Assembly: GCA_951406725.2 (NCBI GenBank)
Contig: OX597839.1
Span: forward strand, 11,532,001-11,596,000
DNA from: Octopus vulgaris
Taxonomy: Eukaryota
Reading direction: 5' to 3'
Length of the DNA stretch: 64,000 nucleotides
Part shown: positions 25,378-39,099 of the stretch, piece by piece
Numbering within the stretch: position 1 is the first letter of the stretch
Layout: each line of letters begins with the position of its first letter
Position numbers and translations under genes: made by a program
Notes under the pieces: model-generated
What the model saw: only the letters and a program-made list of their open reading frames with translations
The model's database searches: none
Told to the model about the DNA's origin: nothing

Positions 25378-25679
25378 AATCTAAATTTCCACCGTTTTGC
25401 TGTACTAATTGAAGCAGCCATCACCACCGTCATCGCCACTGTCGCCCTCCCTGACTCATTCCCCAACCTATCACTATCAGCACTAGAAATTATTATACCA
25501 TTTTCTTGCTGCCTTAATGATGCTGATTCAAGAAGCAAAATGGTTTTAACTTTCATCAATTAAGTCAAAGAGAACTTGGAACGTAATGTCGTCGCTAATC
25601 ACTCTCTTTTGCCTCTGATTCGATGCAATCACAACACACTTTGATTCTGCTATAATAAACATTCATATTTGATGTAGAG

Positions 25680-26600
25680 TGTTGTGTGTGGCCATGTCAA
25701 GTGTGCCCATCTTGTGTGTGGCCATGTCATGTGTGCCCATATAGTGTGTCCATGCTGTGTGTGCCCATGATGTTGTAGGAGCCATGCTGTGTCATACTTG
25801 CCAAGTGTGCCCAACTTGTATGTGGTCATGTCGTGTGTATCCCATATAGTGTCTAACTGTGTTGTATGTGCCCATATAGTGTGTCCATGCTGTGTGTGCC
25901 CATGATGTGGTAGGAGCCATGCTGTGTCATACTTGCCAAGTGTGCCCATCTTGTATGTGGTCATGTCGTGTGTATCCCATATAGTGTCTAACTGTGTTGT
26001 ATGTGCCCATATAGTGTGTCCATGCTGTGTGTGCCCATGATGTGGTAGGAGCCATGCTGTGTCATACTTGCCGAGTGTGCCCATCTTGTATGTGACCATA
26101 TCGTGTATGGCCATGTCGTGTGTGCCCATATAGTGTATAACTGTGTTGTATGTGCCCATATAGTGTGTGCCCATGTTGTGGTAGGAGCCGTGCTGTGTCA
26201 TACTTGCCAAGTGTGCCCATCTTGTGTGTGACTATGTCATGTGTGCCCATATAGTGTATAACTGTGTTGTATGTGCCCATATAGTGTGCCCATGTTGTGG
26301 TAGAGAGCCGTGCTGTGTCATACTTGCCAAGTGTGCCCATCTTGTGTGTGGCCATGTTGTGTGCCCATGTTGTGGTGGGAGCCGTGCTGTGTCATACTTG
26401 CCAAGTGTGCCCATCTTGTGTGTGGCCATGTTGTGTGCCCATGTTGTGGTGGGAGCCGTGCTGTGTCATACTTGCCAAGTGTGCCCATCTTGTGTGTGCC
26501 CATGTTGGGTGTGTTCTGTCCTATTTGCCTGTGTTGTGTGTACTGTCACATTTGCCCTTGTTGTGTGTGCTGTGTCATATTTTCCCATTTCTTGAGTGTG
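25680..26600. repeat. Complex minisatellite built from GTGTGCCCAT sub-units
   Basis: The block GCTGTGTCATACTTGCCAAGTGTGCCCA(T/A)CTTG recurs 7 times, with spacing shrinking from about 135 to about 74 bp. Confidence 0.9.
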
Positions 26601-26672
26601 CCATTTTCTGTATGCTTGCTGACAGAAGAGAAGGCTCTCACTGTATCTTCCCTCTACACCAACAGATGAAGT

Positions 26673-27074
26673 GGATCTTTTCGGTTTGAACGGCAGTATT
26701 TTCTAGTGGTATCATATGAAATTGTCACCCATAATTATAACCCTAGTATCGATTTATTGCATTTCAATCTCTTTTAGGGTTGGGGGAAGGGTATCTTTTT
26801 TTCTTCACAAATGTAAATAAACCCAATCTGTTTCTTAAACAGACATATTCATACGGCACATAATGTTGTTTACCTCAATGGACGTCATTGATTGGTTGAA
26901 ATTGCAGAAATTGAAGGAAAAAAACAACAATTATCTTACAAACTATAGAATTTTCTCAATAAAGCCAAGAGAAAAAGATGTTTTATAAACACATTCTACC
27001 AGTATACGAAGTTTAAAAGTGTTTAGTTACGTGGAAATTATTTTAAAAAACTGCCGTTCAAACCGAAAAGATCC
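26673..27074 (-). mobile_element. Merlin-like MITE, second copy, inverted relative to 10157-10586
   Basis: Same GGATCTTTTCGGTTTGAACGGCAG TIRs; degenerate 8-bp TSD GATGAAGT/AATGAAAT. Confidence 0.85.
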
Positions 27075-27414
27075 AATGAAATCACAATGCTCCCTCACAT
27101 CCCCAATTTTCTGGACATATATAAATTGTGGTGGATATTGCTTTCACTTATGGCAGCCAACTCTGTGTTTTGAGTTCAAATTCTTCTGATGTCTACCTTT
27201 AATACCTCTGGCTTGATAAAATAAAATGCCAATCAAGGACTGGGATCCACAGTATCAACCCCGGCTTCTCAAAATTGCTGGCCTTCTTCTTAAATCTGAA
27301 ACCATCTTGGAAGTTATGATAGTTGCTGTTGTCTCAGGTCAGAGTGGACCTTTTATCAAAGGCATCCCAGTCATGACCATCCCTTATATAAGATGTTTAT
27401 GTATCTTTTCATCT

Positions 27415-27800
27415 TATATCTTTTACTTGTTTCAGTCATTAGACTGTGGCCATGCTGGGGCAACAGCTTGAAGAATTTTTAGTTCAATGAATTGACTTCA
27501 GTACTGTTTTTTTTTTAAACCTGGTACTATTCTGTTGGTCTCTATTGTCGAACCGCTAAGTTAGAGGGATAAACACATCAACATGGTTAAGTGGTGGAGG
27601 ACAAATACAGATACAAAGATACACACATATACACATGACAGACTTCTTTCAGTTTCCATCTACCAAATCCACTCACATGGCTTTGGTCAGCTTGAGGCTA
27701 TAGAAGAAGACACTTGCCTAAGGTGCCATGCAATGGAACTGATCCAGGAACCATGTGGTTGGGTAGCAAACTTCTTACCACGCAGCCATGCCTGTACCTA
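27415..27800 (-). mobile_element. SINE family A
   Basis: Reverse complement of family A, diverged. Confidence 0.8.
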
Positions 27801-29494
27801 TGGCTACATTATTTAATTTGTCTTTATACGAATTGGAAGGCTGTGATTTGAGAGAGATTTGTCTGTTATTGCTTGCAAGTCCAGTCTCAGTGTTGATGTG
27901 AACATTGGGTAACCTGTGTTACAGCCAAGTCATAGTTACCTCAGGGTTACCCCAAGATCAGGGGTGAGGGAGGTAGTAGTGGTAGTAGATTTCTTGTCAT
28001 CATACAGGCTAGTTTAAACTGGCCATTTCTGGTGCAAATACTCTACCTGCTTTCCGTTCAAACCGGCCAGATCCAGCCTCTCAAGCTAATCCTACAATGT
28101 CATTCTAAAAATATACAATTGCCTCATTGAAATCTTGAAGCTACAAAATTAAGTGTGGTTATTTAAAAGCAATGTGGATAAATAAGCATTGCTTTTGACA
28201 GTGGTCTGAACGCTAAGGGGTTAAAGTGTAGACATGAACATTTTGGATGGGATCACTGCCCAACCTTCTCAGTTCTCTCTCTCTCTCTCTCTCCTCCTCC
28301 TCTTCCTCCCCATCTTTCTCTACTGTCTGTAAATGTAGGCCTCAAGCTCAGAATTGATGAGAATTACTATCATTTGCGAGAAGAAGGACAGTCGATCATC
28401 TTCGCCGCCACCACCACTATCATCATCATCATCATCATCATCATCACCATCCACCATCATCATTATATTAAGTGTGCTGTTTATATATAACTTAAATCAA
28501 ATGATAGAGTCACTGCTTGATTGAATTTATCAATATCATAAAGGTAGGACTTGGAGAAGAGAGGAAGCGGGTGTAGTTAATAATAACGATGATGATGATG
28601 ATAATAATAATAATGAATTCATGTCTGCACGATAAATAACATATAGGCCCGTTTTAATTAGTAGAGAAAAGCAACAGCCAATCAAAACACGTCTTCCACT
28701 TGATTACTGGAATGGTTAATGATTGCTGTGTTAATTTAGCAAGATTTTTTTTCATGTTTGTTTTTATAGCTTTTATACTTTGCTTTTTTTAAATCTAAAT
28801 CGATGTTTGTTATCAAATACGAATTTCTGGAGAAAAGCTGTTTTATGCAGTGTAGTGAAAAATAGAAAAGAAAAGAAAAAAAGTTTTTAAAAAATCAAGA
28901 ACTTTGAGATAGTGTAAGAATTGAATTGAAGTAATTCCATCGATAAATAAAGATAATTTGGTCAAAGAACCAAAACAGAAATACAAGCAAACAGAGAAAT
29001 GTAGTTGAGGTGAGAAAATTTAGTATGAAGGAAGCAAACATGACATCATCATCATCATCATCATCCATTTACCATGATGGCATGGGTTGAACATCTTGAC
29101 AGGAACTGGCAAGGCCAGGGGGCCACTCCAGGATTCCATAGTTTGATTGGGTTTGGTTTCTACGGCTGGATGCCCTTTCTAATACCAGCTATTTTACAGA
29201 GGACGTTGTCCATGGCCTTTGTGGACCCCAGCGAAGGCACCAAATGATAAACCAGCACCGGACATGCGCTCAGGCCCAAGACAGTCCAGCCGTGCGCATA
29301 GGAGAGGTGGAACCCGCACCCTGTCCTTTGTATTGCCCTAGAATCATCGGAGTCTCCCACTGTATCAGTTCTGCCAGGGAGATAGAGCTGCTTTTCGTTT
29401 GTCCAATGCAACAAATTCGGCATGGTTGAACCTATGGATGTAGCTCAGACTACACTGCCTGACATAGTATGTCCAAATCCAATGCATGGCTACG

Positions 29495-29870
29495 AGACTG
29501 TGACCATGCTGGAGCACCACCTTTTAGTCTAGCAAATTGACCCTAGGACTTATTCTTTGTAAGCCTAGTACTTATTCTATCGGTCTCTTTTGCCAAACTG
29601 CTAAGTTACGGGGACGTAAACACACCAGCATCGGTTGTCAAGCGATATTGGGGGGACAAACACAGACACACACAAACACACACACACACACACATATACA
29701 TATATACGACGGGCTTCTTTCAGTTTCCGTCTACCAAATCCACTCACAAGGCTTTGGTCGGCCCGTGGCTATAATAGAAGACACTTGCCCAAGGTGCCAC
29801 GCTGTGGGACTGAACCTGGAACCACGTGGTTCGTAAGCAAGCTACTTACCACACAGCCACTCCTACGCCT
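29495..29870 (-). mobile_element. SINE family A, tail truncated
   Basis: Near-consensus reverse complement of family A. Confidence 0.88.
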
Positions 29871-32191
29871 GTACATAACTTACGTTTATAACATAACATT
29901 ATCATAGATATATGTATGTACATAGATAATGATGTGTGTGTGTGTGTGTGTGTGTGTGTGCTTCTATGTTTATATATTTATATCAGTACTGTGAACAAAC
30001 CAATTGAGATGTAGTTTAGATAGATAGTGATACAAACGAGGAAGTTAATAGTGTGTGAAACCAATTATAGTGTCACATGAATGTTTAAAATATAAGGTGA
30101 ACGAACATGTGAGCTGCTAAATCTAGCTAACATAATATTTTGTCTCAGACCGTGTGTGTGTCTGTGTGTGTTGTGTGTGTGGTGTATAACAAGGCTGGTT
30201 GAAAATAATTGTCATGTCTTATTAATTGTCAATGCCTTTTGTGGTTTGCAGTTGGCAAATTGACTGCATGCAATCGACTTGACGTGTTTTTCGGCAGCAC
30301 ACACAATATTGAAACAGTAGTAGTTATTGCATTAAAGCACCAAAGTATTCTTCATTGATTCCCCTGTTGGTTGGTGGCCATTGTCTCCGATTCTATTACT
30401 GCTATTGTCACTGAGCAGTCAGTGAGACACAAAGAGCGAGAGAGAGAGAGAGAGAGAAAGAGACATAGAAACGTATTAGCTCTTTCTTTTCCTTCTCTCT
30501 CTCAGTCTTTCCGTGGAAACGGATAGCAATGCAGGTTTCCTTATTTGAATTACCATTTTGAAAATGAATTGGAACTTCTTCTTCTTTTGTCCTCTTTCTT
30601 CGTATTTTTCTTCTTCCTCCTCCTCCTCCTCCCCCTCTTCTTGGCTTCTTCGTCTTCTTCTATTCCTACATGCCTTGTTCAATTGCTTTCAGCTGTGAGT
30701 CAGCAGACTAGCTTTCAATTCCACCCTGCCATTCTGTTGGCAGTTATGTTGTGTTGCTGAATATTAAAAAACAAATTGGAAGTATAAAATAAAAAAAATA
30801 TTTGGGAAAGAAAATAAATAAAAAAGTAAAATAGATAAATAAACAAAACCAACTTTACCAAAAGAAAACGAAAAAAAAAAACAGGGAAAAAATATGCAAA
30901 AAATACAAATCAAATCAAAACCACCACCATCATCATCATCATCATCACCACTGCCACTACCAGTATTCTCTTATGTTTAGCGATTCCTCTTTGATATCCA
31001 GCATTTTACCATAAATGACACTTCAAAGCAAGACAAGCATAAAATCTAATGCAATCTTTTGAACACTACCCATATAAAATGACTCAACGTTGCTGCAATC
31101 TTTCTGATCCGACGCCAATCAGCTTCTCTCTCTCTCTCTCTCCTCTTCCTTTCTCTCCTTCTTTCTCTGTCTACATGTCCCCCCCCCCGCCTTCTTTGGT
31201 TCCATCCTCCAGCTTTACCTCATTAGACACGATGGATTTTTACTCTGTGGTTGGGCGTTGAGTCTGGTTTAATGGAAGCGGCGTGTCGGTGTATGAACGC
31301 TGAATGCAAGTTGTAAAACATTTATTGATTAAGTTGATAGTCTTTTGTTTCGATTCATTGCAATTTACACACATGCCTTATTTAATTAACTCTGCTCATT
31401 TGCCTCTATGTTCCTTGTTTACAATGGCTCCACAGAATCCTGGTTTAATATTATCTTTTTCCTACCTACCTACCTACCTTACCGACCACCGACCGACCTA
31501 TCTATATACCTAGCTATCTATCTCTCTACCTACCTACCTACCTTACCGTATGCCTTACTTTTACCTATTGCCGAACACAACGACACACTTTTGTTTTCTG
31601 ATCTTTTCAATAGCTCAGGATAAAATGAAAAGACAATCTAATTAATGTGCTGTTCAATTAGTTCCATTAATTACTTCACAATTTGCTTTCCTCCGCTAAT
31701 TGCCTCTCCTTTGCAATCTTTGTGTCTCTTCAGCTTCGATATGCTCACATTTCATACAATCACATGTATCAAAAGATCTATATCCACACTTTTTACTGTC
31801 ATGAGGACAACAACTATGATGATGATGATGATAATTATCATCATCATCATCATCATCGTCATCGTCGTCTTCATCATTGTCATCAATCATGTCAGCAGTC
31901 TGAAAGCCAATTATTTATTCTATTCAACACTGTTGGGCCTAGTTTTCTTTACTAATGAGCCTGTCTTTCATCACTACTTTGCACCAATATATTCTGGAAA
32001 CAATGATTATGGAGTGATCGCAGTTGAATAATGCTGAATACGGTGCTGGCGGTAGTAGCAGTGGTGGTGGGTGTGGTTGTTTTCATTGTTTAGCCCTAGG
32101 TCAGTCATGTTCTCTTAGACCTATGATTAAAACTGTTCCAATTGTGACCATCCTGTCTTTTTATTCTGACATGGTTTGTATTATAAAACAT

Positions 32192-32605
32192 CAAAGCCTT
32201 GTGAGTGGATTTGGTAGACAGAAACTGAAAGAAGCCCATCATATATATGTATATATATATGCGTGTGTATATGTTTGTCTGTGTTTGTTCCCCCACAACA
32301 TCACTTGACAACCGATGCTGGTTTGTTTCCGTCGCCGTAACTTAGCGGTTCAGCAAAAGAGACTGACAGAATAAGTACTAGGCTATGTATGTGTGTGTAT
32401 ATGTTTGTCTGTGTTTGTCCCCCCACAACATCACTTGACAACCGATGCTGGTTTGTTTACGTCGCCATAACTTAGTGGTTCGGCAAAAGAGACTGACAGA
32501 ATAAGTACTAGGCTTACAAAGAATAAGTCCTGGGGTCGATTTGCTCGAGTAAAGGCGGTGCTCCAGCATGGCCACAGTCAAATGACTGAAACAAGTAAAA
32601 GAGTA
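32192..32605 (+). mobile_element. 5'-truncated family-A SINE with an internal duplication of about 125 bp
   Basis: GTGTGTATATGTTTGTCTGTGTTTG..GAATAAGTACTAGGCT occurs twice (about 32263-32384 and 32391-32514). Confidence 0.85.
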
Positions 32606-32799
32606 TAGTGGTTAGTATTAGTAGCATTTTGTTCTTCGTAATGTTCTGAGTTTAAATAATACAGAGGTAAGCGTTCAACCTTTCAGGGTCAATAAAATAA
32701 GGACCAATTGAGAACTGAGGTTGGTATGATCGACTTACTCACATCCCGAAATTGCTGGCCTTGTGCCAAAGTTTGAAACCACCATCATCATCATCATCA

Positions 32800-33580
32800 T
32801 CATCATTATTCAGTAGTCTTATTTTTATCATGTGCTTTCACTGCACTACCAAGTGCAGCTCTGTGTGCCTTGGGTATGTGCTGTGATGCTCTTATTTTTT
32901 CTGTATTGAAGGTTTCTTACGCAAGATGTGTGCAGTGCCTAGTAATGCTATTTTCTGTATGTTATGTATACATATGTTAGTCCTGGTGTTTTGGTTATGT
33001 ATTTGTCTGAATATTTTAAAATCATACCTAATGCACTTACTATGATAGGAATTGTTTCTGTTTTTAGACTTCACGTTGGCGGCACAATGGCCCAGTGGTC
33101 AGGGCAGCGGACTCGCGGTCGTAGGATTGTGGTTTCGATTCCCAGACCGGGCATTGTGACTGTTTATTGAGCGAAAATACCTAAAGCTCCATGAGGCTCC
33201 GGGATAGTGGCGATCCCTGCTGTACTCTTTCACCATAACTTTCTCTCACTCTTTCTTCTGTTGGCCTGTTTGCTTCGCCAGTGGGGTGGCGTCATTTGAA
33301 GTCTAAAACAATATGAAGCGCATTGTGACCAGCGATGTGTAGCAACATCTGATAGCCTGGTCGTAAGAAAAAAAAAAAGACATTTGAGATTCCTCTATTT
33401 CCAGATCTTTGTATTTTGAAAGTTTCCCTTCATTGACACATCAATTAGAAAGCATATTTTTGCTTGGTGATCTCTGACAACTATATCCAGCCTATTGGCC
33501 CTAGTTTCTCTATCTGTGTGTATTGGCATATCCCAGAGTATGGTTGCTTTATTATTATTAGGATGCAATATGACAGAATC
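32800..33580 (-). pseudogene. 3' remnant of an R4/Dong-type non-LTR retrotransposon (restriction-like endonuclease), split by a SINE at 33078-33365
   Basis: Minus-strand peptides ILWDMPIHTDRETRANRLDIVVRDHQAKICFLIDVS (the RPD..ID motif of RLE elements) and NIQKIALLGTAHILRK (typical C-terminus), followed by a (TAA/TGA)n tail. Confidence 0.8.
33078..33365 (+). mobile_element. tRNA-derived SINE, family D2 (D-like head, different 3' part)
   Basis: GGCGGCACAATGGCCCAGTGGTCAGGGCAGCGGACTCGCGGTC..GGTTTCGATTCC. A reverse copy lies at about 36322-36608 and a decayed one at about 22830-23085. Confidence 0.85.
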
Positions 33581-33748
33581 ATTGGTACGCTGGGCAAAGG
33601 GCTGGCAATGGCCACGATCGCATTGGTGCATTTTACTTGCCACCGGCACGGAAGCCAGTCAGGGCGGCGCTGGCATCGGCCACGATTCGGATAGTGCATT
33701 TTACGTGCCACCGGCATGGAAGCCAGTCTAGGCAGCACTGGCATCAGC

Positions 33749-33885
33749 TACAAACTATAGAATTTTCTCAATAAAGCCAAGAGAAAAAGATGTTTTATAA
33801 ACACATTCTACCGGTATACGAAGTTTAAAATTGTTTAGTTACCTAGAAATTATGTTAAAAACTGCTGTTCAAACCGAAAAGATCC
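33749..33885 (-). mobile_element. One-ended fragment of the Merlin-like MITE
   Basis: Near-identical to 26938-27074 and ends in AAACCGAAAAGATCC. Confidence 0.85.
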
Positions 33886-33941
33886 AAACACTGGAGTCAA
33901 CTTAATCAACTAGTCCCCTCCCTCCAAATGTAGTAGCTAGG

Positions 33942-33989
<48 letters not shown>

Positions 33990-36255
33990 TCAATCAGTGG
34001 AGATGTAAGACGTTTCAGGGTAAGAAATCAACCAAGCTACAGGTCTTTTAGTTGTTGACATAACCCCGTTTAAAGGTCAAAGAAGGCTATGAGAAGACTA
34101 TTGATTAAATAATGAGGGTTATCTCAGAGCACCGCACCCTACTGATTTTGACAGAGGTGCATCTGGGTACAGGAGCATGAAGTACTGGCAGTAAAGAAAA
34201 AAAAAATGTTTTAATGTGTTGAAACAAGTGAACAGATGTCCAACAGCTGTTGGAACAGCATGCACTGGGTACAACAACCTCCCCCTGCAGTTTTTGACAC
34301 AGCTAATTTATTATATATAAGATATACTATTTATAATATACATTATATAATATGCGTGTCTTTGAGTGTGTATATGTATAAATACACACACATACATATA
34401 TATATAATGAAACAGCTGCAGTGAGTAGATTGTGTTCTTATAGTTTTGGCATTGCTAACATTCTCTATATGCCTGTCTGTCTAAGTATGTGTTTATTTGT
34501 GTGTTAGATGCAGCATAGCTAGACAGACAGATGTATTAAAAAGTTCGAATCTGCCTTAAGTCTGTATTATGTTCATTTGGCCATGGTTTGCCATGGTTTG
34601 CCTTGGTTTCTGAAGTGTTAAGCTACTGACAGAAGAAAACTTGCCCCTGGTTGGGACATTGGTATGTCTGAAGGTTTTCCTTCAGCAGACACCACTACTA
34701 GCAGAATAGACTGGAGCAGCATCAAATAATGAAATCCTAGTTTGAAAGTACTTCCCTGTAAGGAACACAACCCACAGCCTTAGAATCATGAACCCAACAT
34801 TCTAACCAATAGGCCATAAACATACATTATGTGTGTGTGTGTATGTGTGATAGATATAGATGTATATTTGTGTGTGTTACGATTTCAGGAGGATGATTGG
34901 GATCACGTGGATGAGAAAGGTGCGATCCAGAGAGGAGTGGACAGCGTGCTGTGACCAGCGGTGTCAAATGGACGCCTGATGGACTGGTCAGTCAAGGTGA
35001 TCAAGGTGATATGTGTGTATATATGATTTTAGTAGTGTGTGTGTGTGTGTGTGTCTCATCATCATGTAACATCTGTTTTCCATGCTGGCATGGACTGTTT
35101 GACAGTAACTTAAGTCTAGAAGACTATGCTATGTACACATATATCTGTATCTATCTAATTATATATGTAGATAGACAGATAGATAGATAGATAGATAGAT
35201 AGGTATAGCCATGACAAGACAGACAATGGAGCCAGGTATAGCTCCTGGCCTTACCAGCTCTTGTCAAACTGTCTCGAACCCATGACAGCATGGAAAATGG
35301 ACCTTAATGATGATACATATATGCATATAATATGTGTGTTGAAGAGAATTCTTTGTAATATTTATTCCTTCTCTCTGTAAGCTGAAATCTTGTGAAGGTT
35401 GTCATCATACATCCTTTTGGGTTCCTTAATGATAAGTTCCAATCCGAAATAAGGAGATGACAAAGGAACACAGCAAGGGGTGTGATGGTGTGATGATGAA
35501 GAGGACCTGTCCAGTCCAAAATGAACATTGGTAGGTGCAGGTATGGCTGTTTGGGCAAGAAGTTTGCTTCCCAGCCATGTGGTTTTGGGTTCACTCCCAC
35601 TGTGCAGTACCTTGGGCAAGTGTCTTTTACTATTACCCCTGGGTCCACCAATTCCTTGTGAAGTGAATTTGGTTGACAGAAACTGAAAGAAGCTCATCAG
35701 GCGTGGCTGTGTGGTAAGAAGCTTGCTTCTCAACGATATGTGGTTCCAGGTTCAGTCCCACTGCATGGCACCTTGGGCAAGTGTCTTCCACTATAGCCTC
35801 AGGCTGATCAAAACCTTGTGAGTGGATTGGGTAAATGAAAACGGAAAGAAGCCCGTCATATATATGTGTGTGTGTGTTACCCCCTCCCATCACTTGGCAA
35901 CTGATGTTGGTGTGTTTACATCCCCATAACTTAGTGGTTTGGCAAAATAAACTGATAAAGTACTAGGCTTACAAAAAATAAGTCCTGGGGTCAATTTCTT
36001 TGAGTAAAATATAAAAATCACCTTTAAAACAGTGCTCCTGCATGACCACAGTCAAATGACTGAAACAAATAGAAAAAAATGTGTATGTGTGTCTGTGTTG
36101 GTTTGTTTACATCCCTATTACTTAATGGTTCTACAAAAGAGACCAATTCAATAAAGACTGGGTCAAGTTGTTCAAGGCTATAGTAGAGGACACTAACCCA
36201 TGGTGCCACACAAGGAAACTGAACTCGGAAACAAGCTACTTACCACACAGCTGCA

Positions 36256-36321
<66 letters not shown>

Positions 36322-36323
<2 letters not shown>

Positions 36324-36608
36324 CGTGATCACTGACCGACCAGGCTATCAGATGTTGCTGCGCTTCGCATTGTTTTAGCCTTCAAATGACGCCACCCGCT
36401 GGCTAAGCGTGCAGGCCAACAGAAGAAAGAGTGATAGAAAGTCGTGGCGAAAGAGTACAGCAGGGATCGCCACCACCCCCTGCCAGAGTCTCGTGGATAT
36501 TTAGGTGCTTTCGCTCAATAAACACTCACAACGCCCGATCTGGGAATTGAAACCGCGATCCTATGACCGCGCGTCCGCTGCCCTAACCACTCAGCCATTG
36601 CGCCTCCA
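36322..36608 (-). mobile_element. SINE family D2 between (TA)n and (CA)n
   Basis: Reverse complement of 33078-33365. Confidence 0.85.
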
Positions 36609-38238
36609 CACACACACACATATATATATATATATAGTCATTTAAGCCTTTCTCAGTTACATGTAGCTAACTGCACAGTGGCGATAATACAGATGATGAT
36701 GATGATGATTACAATGTTGATGATAATGATGATGATGATGGTGAATTAAAAAAACATCACAGTACCAGTTCACAATGATACCACTCCTAACATTATAACT
36801 AATAGTAACAGCGGTGATGATTGTGGTGGTGGTGGTGGTGGTGGTGGTAGTCACAGAAACAGCAGTGGCGGCAATAATAAGAGCACAAACAGCCACCACC
36901 ACCACAGCCACCACCACCACCACCACCACAACCACCACCACCACGGCCAGTGCGACTGCCAACCCCACCTCCTCCGTCTGCGTAGTTTTGAATGATCATA
37001 CATTATTGATTAAGCACACAGCTGATAATTGTAACTCTTGCTTCTATTGATCGCGTTTGAATTCAAGCAGTAAATTGATTTTCGGATATTAGATCAGATC
37101 AGTTTTAATTTGCATTAACTATCGCACGCTTCATGTTGCCAGTTGATATTTTTAATAACCTCGTTATCGCATTGTTATTCATTAAATTGGATTTCGTTTG
37201 AGAAACAGCACGAGAGGCCAGCCTCGCTGTGCAGTTGAGGTGCCAGCACTTTTAACCCTAACGAGGTCACAGCTTAAAACACTCGCTCTATGGCTCTATG
37301 TGTGTGTGTGTTTGTATGTGTGTGTGTCTGTGGAGGATGGTTGGACAGTAGTTCTTTGGGCAAGTCAGTTTGTCAATCAAATTAAATTCTGTCTGTTTTC
37401 CTGTCTCTGTCTAGTTTTCAGCAGATACATACAATGGGGATTGAAAAAAATGTCTAAATTTGCATCTCTATCAAACTTGCAGTTCTAGAAATGTAGTCTT
37501 ATAGATGCTTAGAAAACAAATGTTTTATTTTTCATTGTTCTTCCACTGAAATCATAATGTGTTTGTGTGTGTTTAAATATAGTGTGGACATATACATACC
37601 ATCTTTGTCTTCCATTCTCCCAACGAAATACCAGTCATGAACTGGTACCAATGGCATTAAAGCCCTACCCACTCTGCCATTGAAATTGCTGGTCTTCAAT
37701 TAAATTAGCATCCATTATGTTTTTATCAAGGGCAGTGAGCTGGCAGAATTGGCAGAGCATCAGAAAAGTGTCTTGTGTTGCTTCTTCTGGTTCTTTACAA
37801 TCTGAGTTCCATTCCCACCTGGTTCGACTTTGCTTTCATCTCCCTGAGGTCAATGAAATAATATACTAGTCAAGTAATGGGGACAGTAATATTGACAAAA
37901 CCCCTCCCCTCAAAATTGGTGGTTTTGTGTCTAAATCAGAAATTACTTATTATTATTACCGTGGCTTTTATGGGTTTTTCCATTAGGAAACTTTCGTAAT
38001 GCCTCCCCCTATTGGGAGTTTTTCGTTGCTATAATTTTTCGTTGTTACACGGTTTTTTACAAACGGACAAAACCCTTTGTAACCTTTCGTCCTGTTTTGT
38101 CCCTTTATGTGATAATTAATTTTTGTCAGTCCTTGAGGCCAATAAAAGAATTAATAATTATTATTATTATTATTATTATTGTTATTTTTGAAATGTGCTC
38201 TTGTAAATAATAATGTATTGTTTTGATGTCTTTTGCAG

Positions 38239-38355
38239 GAAACCAATAGTCCGCAGAGCTCTATCCAGATGACAGACAACTCTCTGTGCCACCAATTAGA
38301 AGAGCCCCAATCTAATGGTCCCTCTGGGAGTCTGTCAGGAGACCGCCTCAGCGAT
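38239..38355 (+). CDS. Internal coding exon, 117 nt, phase 0-0 (ETNSPQSSIQMTDNSLCHQLEEPQSNGPSGSLSGDRLSD)
   Basis: Strong acceptor TTTTGATGTCTTTTGCAG, consensus donor GAT|GTAAGT, open frame, and GC content clearly above the flanks in non-repetitive sequence. Confidence 0.8.
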
Positions 38356-38548
38356 GTAAGTACCTTGTCGCAAAGCTACATCCTTTCTTCCCTTTCACTT
38401 CACACTTATTTCACTACAAGAAACAGGTAGTTGTCAGTAATCGTGTTAAAGGATCTGGAGTTGGTCTTTTAACAGTGAATTGTTCCAGTTGATCTCTGCC
38501 ATCTAAATGTATTATAGTGTCAGTATCTGTATATTCAACAGGTACTTG

Positions 38549-38780
38549 CGGCGGCTAGCTGGTAGAAATGTTAGCACGCCGGGCGAAATGCTTAGCAGTA
38601 TTTCGTCTGCCACTCTGTTCCAAGTTCAAATTCCGCCGAGGTCGACTTTGCCTTTCATCCTTTTGGGGTCGATTAAATAAGTACCAGTTACGCACTGGGG
38701 TCGATGTAATCGACTTAATCCCTTTGTCTGTCCTTGTTTGTCCCCTCTGTGTGTAGCCCCTTGTGGGCAGTAAAGAAATA
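38549..38780 (+). mobile_element. SINE family B, full length
   Basis: TSD AGGTACTTG at 38540-38548 and 38780-38788. Confidence 0.9.
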
Positions 38781-39099
38781 GGTACTTGTGAGTGGGTTTG
38801 GTAGACAGAAACTGAAAGTAGCCCTTCATATATCTTTTATTTCTCATTTCTTTACTTGTCTGCAGTGCAGCCCTCCTACACTGCCTTGAAGGTTTTAGGC
38901 AAATGAATTGACCCCAGGATTTATTTTTAACCTGGTACTTAGTCTATCTTTTCTTTTCTTTCTTTCTTTTCTTTTCACTGAACTGACCGGAGCTGTAAGC
39001 TGAAGAGCTGCACAAGGATCCAGTCATCTGTTTTGGTTTGGTTTTCTACAGCTGGATGCCCTTTCTAATGCCAACCACTTTACAGTGTGCCCTGAGTGT

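Noticed and set aside
25650-26689. Repetitive HTG-rich ORFs
   Set aside because: Minisatellite translations with frames switching between units.
38239-38355. Assigning a gene symbol (FoxP, Eya and Meis were considered)
   Set aside because: No diagnostic domain lies in the window; the similarity is only low-complexity Ser-rich resemblance.
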